Shown piece after piece: positions 59,528-64,000 of a stretch of DNA of 64,000 bases (position 1 is the first letter of the stretch; every line of letters starts with the position of its first letter). Below the pieces are notes generated by a model. The model worked only from the letters and a program-made list of their open reading frames with translations. It did no database searches and was not told the DNA's origin. Both the position numbers and the translations under genes were made by a program. Source of the stretch: a virus; the IMG/VR virus record IMGVR_UViG_3300024261_000014, positions 1 through 64,000 of that record, one strand, 5' to 3'.

Positions 59528-60575
59528 GTGTTTTCTCTGCCATAAAATTTAATCTATTAAATGTTGTGTGTAACCAACTATCTAAATTAGGTAACGCCGT
59601 GTACAATTTATCTTCCAAAAATTTCTTTTGAAATATATGTTTCACTAAACGCTGTATAGGATTCCCACATATCTCTTGTATTTTTAACTTACTACTTCCA
59701 GATATGTTTATCTCATCTAAATCCATCAGTTTCTTATTCAAGAGTAATTGGTCTGAAGAATTAGTAATTACTTCACATAATTTAAATTGTTTCTTTTTAG
59801 ATTCTGCACTTTTCAGAACATCTTCTATTGTAAACTTATGGGGGGATTCAAGCCAAGGAAATAACTTTAAAAGGGTTTTTATTCCAGCACCCTTAATACC
59901 AGGTATCCCATCCGATTTATCACCATCCATTGTTCTAAATAATAAAAAGTTTGTGGAACTTATGCCATATTCTTCCAATATTTTTTCTTGGTCATACATC
60001 TTCTTCTTAGTAGGTGACCAAACTGAAATTCTATCATCCACCAATTGTAAGAAATCTTTATCGGTTGACATTATAGTAACCTTATCCTTAAAGACATGTT
60101 TTGCTGAATAACCAATCACATCATCTGCTTCTATGTTTTCAGCAGTAGTAATAGTTAAAGGTAATAGTTCTAAATACTCGATTACTCTATTTAATTGAGC
60201 AATCATCATTTTATGTTCATCTGCACGAGTTAAAGATATTCCATCTGTTCTATTCAACCGAAGAGACATCTTTCTTCCTGCCTTATACTCTGGAAATATT
60301 TTTCTACGGCGGTTAGACCCACCTTTACCATCAAATACTATGATAGTTCTTGTGGGTCTTACCATATTAATAGCGAATCCAATTGACCTTAAAAAACCTA
60401 CTATTCCACCAATGTGAACCCCATCCTCATTAGTAGTAGGTACTGCGGTAAACACTCTAATAAAAGTGTTTAAACCATCAATCAATAAAACCGAGTCATT
60501 TGGTTCTCCACCATCAACCTTTCCGCCAGATTTTTTTATTTCTTCGAGTATAGATAAGTGTTTTTGATTAATCAC
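59511..60575 (-). CDS. 5'-3' exonuclease / T4 RNase H-like (FEN family)
   Basis: IDGLN, FDG, YKAGR, EADD, STDKD, GDKSDGIPGIKG. Confidence 0.93.
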   Translation of the reverse strand: MINQKHLSILEEIKKSGGKVDGGEPNDSVLLIDGLNTFIRVFTAVPTTNEDGVHIGGIVGFLRSIGFAINMVRPTRTIIVFDGKGGSNRRRKIFPEYKAGRKMSLRLNRTDGISLTRADEHKMMIAQLNRVIEYLELLPLTITTAENIEADDVIGYSAKHVFKDKVTIMSTDKDFLQLVDDRISVWSPTKKKMYDQEKILEEYGISSTNFLLFRTMDGDKSDGIPGIKGAGIKTLLKLFPWLESPHKFTIEDVLKSAESKKKQFKLCEVITNSSDQLLLNKKLMDLDEINISGSSKLKIQEICGNPIQRLVKHIFQKKFLEDKLYTALPNLDSWLHTTFNRLNFMAEKTHGTKT

Positions 60576-61668
60576 CTAAGACCTCATCTGTGAACTCTAC
60601 ATCATCAATACCAAGTTTTTCTTTGTATTTTAATATAACCTTATCACAAATGATACCATAGACATAGTCTTTCAACTCATCATCTTTGGTAATTAACTCT
60701 TCCCAATCCTTAGATAAAAACTTATGGTCTTTACCATTTTGGTCTGTAAGAGTGTACCACGCACCAGCTGATTTAATCAACTTATGTTCTTTTAGAACAG
60801 TCAACCAAGCTCCGTAGTTATCAATACCCCTATCAAAGTACATATGATAATCTGTATGTCTTAAAGGTGGCCCAAGTCTGTTTTTCACAATCTGTGCTCT
60901 ACACTTCATACCTAATACATTTTTTGCTGTATCTTTAATTTGTCCCATGTTCTTCAACCTAATTCTTGTTGAAGCGTGGAATGGTAATGCTTTCCCACCA
61001 CTTGTTGTCCAAGGGTCTCCGAACATTACTCCGAGTTTTTGTCTTAATTGATTAGTAAACACAAGTGCCACTCGTTGTCTACCAACCATTTGAGTAATCT
61101 TTCTCAATGCTTTTGATATAATGATTGCTTTTGCAGTTGCCCAACCATCTTTATCAAAATCTGCTTCCAACTCTACTTTCGTAGTAGCTGCAGCGAGTGA
61201 ATCAACCATAATAGTTACTAATCTATCTTTATCTGATTCCCTAACTTTAGTTATAATTTCTACAATCGCTTCAAATATATCTTCTACTGTCTCTAAGTGT
61301 AGATATAACATCTTACCCATATCAATTCCAATCACTTCCATAAACTCTTGAGAAACTGAAGTTTCAGTATCTATATAAACTGCAACCCCACCTTTCTTTT
61401 GAGTTTCTGCTAAGATGTGTGCACCAAGTAGAGATTTTCCACTTGATTCTAATCCATTGATTTCTGTAATTCTTCCAACTGCAATTCCACCATTTGGTCT
61501 ATTTGATATAGCCAAATCTAACATAGAACTACCTGTTGAGATAAAATCTGTGATATCCGTAGGTGTATTATCTGTACCATCCAGAAAGTATGCTACTTTA
61601 TTATCTTTAAATTTCTTATTTAAACTGTCGGCCAAAGTATCGGCCAATACATCGTGTACTGATGACAT
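60568..61668 (-). CDS. recA: RecA/UvsX recombinase
   Basis: STGS..LD, GRITEINGLESSGKS, IDTE, VDSLAA, TNQLR, GGKALPF. Confidence 0.95.
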   Translation of the reverse strand: MSSVHDVLADTLADSLNKKFKDNKVAYFLDGTDNTPTDITDFISTGSSMLDLAISNRPNGGIAVGRITEINGLESSGKSLLGAHILAETQKKGGVAVYIDTETSVSQEFMEVIGIDMGKMLYLHLETVEDIFEAIVEIITKVRESDKDRLVTIMVDSLAAATTKVELEADFDKDGWATAKAIIISKALRKITQMVGRQRVALVFTNQLRQKLGVMFGDPWTTSGGKALPFHASTRIRLKNMGQIKDTAKNVLGMKCRAQIVKNRLGPPLRHTDYHMYFDRGIDNYGAWLTVLKEHKLIKSAGAWYTLTDQNGKDHKFLSKDWEELITKDDELKDYVYGIICDKVILKYKEKLGIDDVEFTDEVLGD

Positions 61669-61688
61669 TCATTTCTCCTTATCAAATT

Positions 61689-61756
61689 GTTAATGTGTAG
61701 TTAGGGAATACAATAACACCCATCTCTACTTTTGTTGTATGTTGCCACACATTAAC
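61689..61756. other. Long interrupted intergenic stem-loop between ssb and recA
   Basis: GTTAATGTGT/ACACATTAAC outer stem; ATACAATAA/TTGTTGTAT inner stem. Confidence 0.6.
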
Positions 61757-61768
61757 GGGGGTTTTTAT

Positions 61769-62542
61769 TTACGAGTTAAATAACTCATCAAAAGCATCAC
61801 CAGTATTACTTACCTTAGATTTGTCAAGTTCAGCTACATTTCCTCCAACGGCTTTTGCTGTTGTTGATACTTCTGAATCTTCTTCAGTTGCATCACCATC
61901 AGGGTTTAACCATGTATTTAGTATATCTGTCATATCATCGTATGATAACTCTTGATAGATTTCTGTAATGTCCTGTTGTTTCTTTACTTTTTCAAGTATA
62001 TCAGGCTCATCAGAAATCGGTGATTGATTAGGTTTGACGCGAATGTTAGTTTTTGGATAACTTGCTCCACTCTCCTCAGCTGAGATAAACTCTACCGAAA
62101 TATCACGACCATTAATTGGGTCTGTAATATCACCATAATCAGGGTCTGCGATTACTGAAAGAAGTTCTTGATAAACTGTCTTTCCAAATCCCCAAAACTT
62201 CACACCTTGCGATTCTTCACCACGAACTATAACTGGAGCAAAAGTTCTCATCTTTGCTTCAAGTTTACGTGATAACTGATAATCTTCCTTATTGCCACTT
62301 GCTTTTAGTTTTTGAGCAAACTCTTCAATAGGGTCTGGTCTACCAAAAGAAATTGGTGATAAATAAGAGCGATTGCTCAGATTGTAGTGAAAAAACAATT
62401 CAATAAAAGGATTATCTTTATTGAATGAGTAAGGTACGATACGAATTTGAGTTTTACCTGGTTGTGGTTTCCAAAGACTGGAAGTCCGATTGTTAGTTGT
62501 TTGTAACTGCCCGAGGCGTTTTTTTATTGCGTTTAAATCCAT
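61769..62542 (-). CDS. Single-stranded DNA-binding protein (gp32-like)
   Basis: WKP..G...IRIVP, PF.E..FHY, DP, WGFGK, DITD...GRD, acidic tail ending FDELFNS. Confidence 0.85.
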   Translation of the reverse strand: MDLNAIKKRLGQLQTTNNRTSSLWKPQPGKTQIRIVPYSFNKDNPFIELFFHYNLSNRSYLSPISFGRPDPIEEFAQKLKASGNKEDYQLSRKLEAKMRTFAPVIVRGEESQGVKFWGFGKTVYQELLSVIADPDYGDITDPINGRDISVEFISAEESGASYPKTNIRVKPNQSPISDEPDILEKVKKQQDITEIYQELSYDDMTDILNTWLNPDGDATEEDSEVSTTAKAVGGNVAELDKSKVSNTGDAFDELFNS

Positions 62543-62658
62543 TTCATATTCTCCATTTGTTTATGTTTATTTTTCATTTGTCAATCAAGTGTAACCTTGA
62601 TACAATAATATATATCAACTAAATTTGCTAAAATGTAATATAGTTTAAGTTTTTTATA

Positions 62659-62730
62659 AAAAAAAAAGGTTCATTTCGTTTTTAAGTCTATCATAAGTGG
62701 AAACTAAAAATCGGTGAGAACCTTTTTTTA
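62659..62730 (-). terminator. Long stem-loop flanked by A/T tracts after the ncRNA
   Basis: AAAAAGGTTC...GAACCTTTTT with inner stem. Confidence 0.6.
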
Positions 62731-62734
62731 TAAG

Positions 62735-63140
62735 TTGGAAATTTTAGGGAATGTAGGATTTGCATACCTACAACTTTCTGCTCAGATTTTATTGCCCTTG
62801 TACCTAACACCCATCAGTTACGATGATTCTCCTCAAGATGGTTAATCTCATTGGAGTGAGTACAATCTCTGTGTCAGTGCCTTATCTCTCTGAGTTTAGA
62901 TTGATTCAGCCACAAGTTGGGATTTCAGTTTTACCCTTACCCAAAACAAGGTCTAAAGAATTGCTTCTTTATGTTTTCAGAAAGTACATTAGATGATTGA
63001 TGTCTCAACTACTTAACCATTCGGCTTTGTAGATTCACCACGAACTCATCTTGGATTACCTTATGGGCTTCTAAAGTCTACCCATTATTCGGTCAATTCC
63101 ATACGAAGTTAATTACTCCTCGTACTTTTCAAAAATCCAA
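62735..63140 (-). ncRNA. Large structured non-coding RNA (possibly ROOL-like; family uncertain)
   Basis: ORF-free, more GC-rich than its flanks, many local and long-range helices, GCAA tetraloop, closing stem, downstream terminator. Confidence 0.65.
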
Positions 63141-63351
63141 TTTGTCAAAAAACTATGTATCTCATTTGATACATTAATATATATGTATATAAATTCCCAA
63201 AATACATTTTATTTTAAAAAAAAACGTAAATAACTGAAAAAAACTTGATATTTATATATAGTTAACCGATTATGAGTTAATTCAAACGCGTTGTTTTGGA
63301 GTGTATTGTTTTAATACACCCGTACTATATCATAATGATACACTTGTGTAA

Positions 63352-63759
63352 CTATTTGTTCCAATCCTTCACATTTACTACCTGGTGTATTTTAGTAGGT
63401 ATTATATTCAAACCTGTTTCGTTGGTTAGTAGTAAAGTATTTTGATATTCACTCCAATCAACATTAAAGCTCTTATCTAAGATTCCTTTATTCTTTGCTC
63501 TGATAACTTCATTCAAAGCGTTAATAGTATATAGAGTATTACTCTGTTTCTTTCTATGTAGTGAAATAGTGTTCTCTATGTTCTCCTCGTAATTATCAAT
63601 AAACTCGACATTATAGGTACAAATTAATTGGGTTTCTTCCTTCATATTCTGAAAAATGTATATTTTATCATAAAGTATATCGTTACACTCTATAATAACA
63701 TCAAGTGTTTCTGGCAATCGAGATAAGCGGGTAAATGTACATAATAATTGAGTTCTCAT
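63352..63759 (-). CDS. Hypothetical protein
   Basis: MRTQLLCTF...LHRKKQSNTLYTINALN; intact ORF. Confidence 0.7.
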   Translation of the reverse strand: MRTQLLCTFTRLSRLPETLDVIIECNDILYDKIYIFQNMKEETQLICTYNVEFIDNYEENIENTISLHRKKQSNTLYTINALNEVIRAKNKGILDKSFNVDWSEYQNTLLLTNETGLNIIPTKIHQVVNVKDWNK

Positions 63760-63760
63760 A

Positions 63761-64000
63761 TTATTTCCTAAATGCTCCTAATAAACCAGACCAATCGTTT
63801 GAAACTAATTTATAATCTGATTTAACTCCGGGTACTCCATCCATTTGTCCATCCGCAAATCGAATCGTTATGATAACAGTCCCAATACCACCAACGTCTT
63901 GTGTACCAACATCTAATAAAAATTGATATCCAGATTTTGATTCTTTTAATTCATAATCAGCAATAAATTCTTCAGGTCCCATTTTTTTATTATAAAGTTT
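63761..64000 (-). CDS. C-terminal end of a hypothetical protein that probably starts outside the window
   Basis: Frame open to the window edge. Confidence 0.5.
   Translation of the reverse strand, partial: KLYNKKMGPEEFIADYELKESKSGYQFLLDVGTQDVGGIGTVIITIRFADGQMDGVPGVKSDYKLVSNDWSGLLGAFRK

Noticed and set aside
50376-61668. Inteins or introns in PolB, NrdJ, helicase or RecA
   Set aside because: Lengths and motif spacing are normal and no Hint motifs are seen
506-61693. Numerous plus-strand ORFs and nested alternate-frame minus-strand ORFs in the track
   Set aside because: They overlap well-supported minus-strand genes, lack recognisable motifs or RBS, and look like shadow ORFs
1-64000. Bacterial chromosome (LPS locus, recA, groES, clpP, TonB receptor) or a recoded genetic code
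   Set aside because: PolB, gp32/41/44/45/62-like genes, single-strand gene packing and repeated phage-type promoters indicate a phage; long ORFs are intact in the standard code with TAA, TAG and TGA all used as stops

Overview
This window is an AT-rich 64 kb segment of a large T4-like (possibly jumbo) dsDNA bacteriophage. Essentially all genes lie on the minus strand; the plus-strand ORFs look like antisense shadows. From right to left (the direction of transcription): a ~400 nt highly structured non-coding RNA; a replication module (gp32-like SSB, RecA/UvsX, 5'-3' exonuclease, DnaB/gp41 helicase, class II RNR, an inserted TonB-dependent receptor, PolB, sliding clamp, nuclease plus DNA methyltransferase, clamp loaders); an unusual cassette of two 515 aa putative ATP-grasp/Hint fusion proteins ending in short Pro/Gly tails, flanked by five 2OG-Fe(II) oxygenases (one with a halogenase-like HxG motif), a GNAT and an SGNH protein; ClpP; a ~20 kb glycosylation island that includes a GT2 gene split by an HNH endonuclease; GroES and many small early-type ORFs; a putative GHKL-nuclease fusion; a repeat- and palindrome-rich non-coding region (candidate origin or packaging site); and carbamoyltransferase, UDP-sugar dehydrogenase and GMP reductase/IMPDH genes. 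I saw no capsid or tail genes, tRNAs or CRISPR array. All family calls come from recognising motifs by eye, without database searches.
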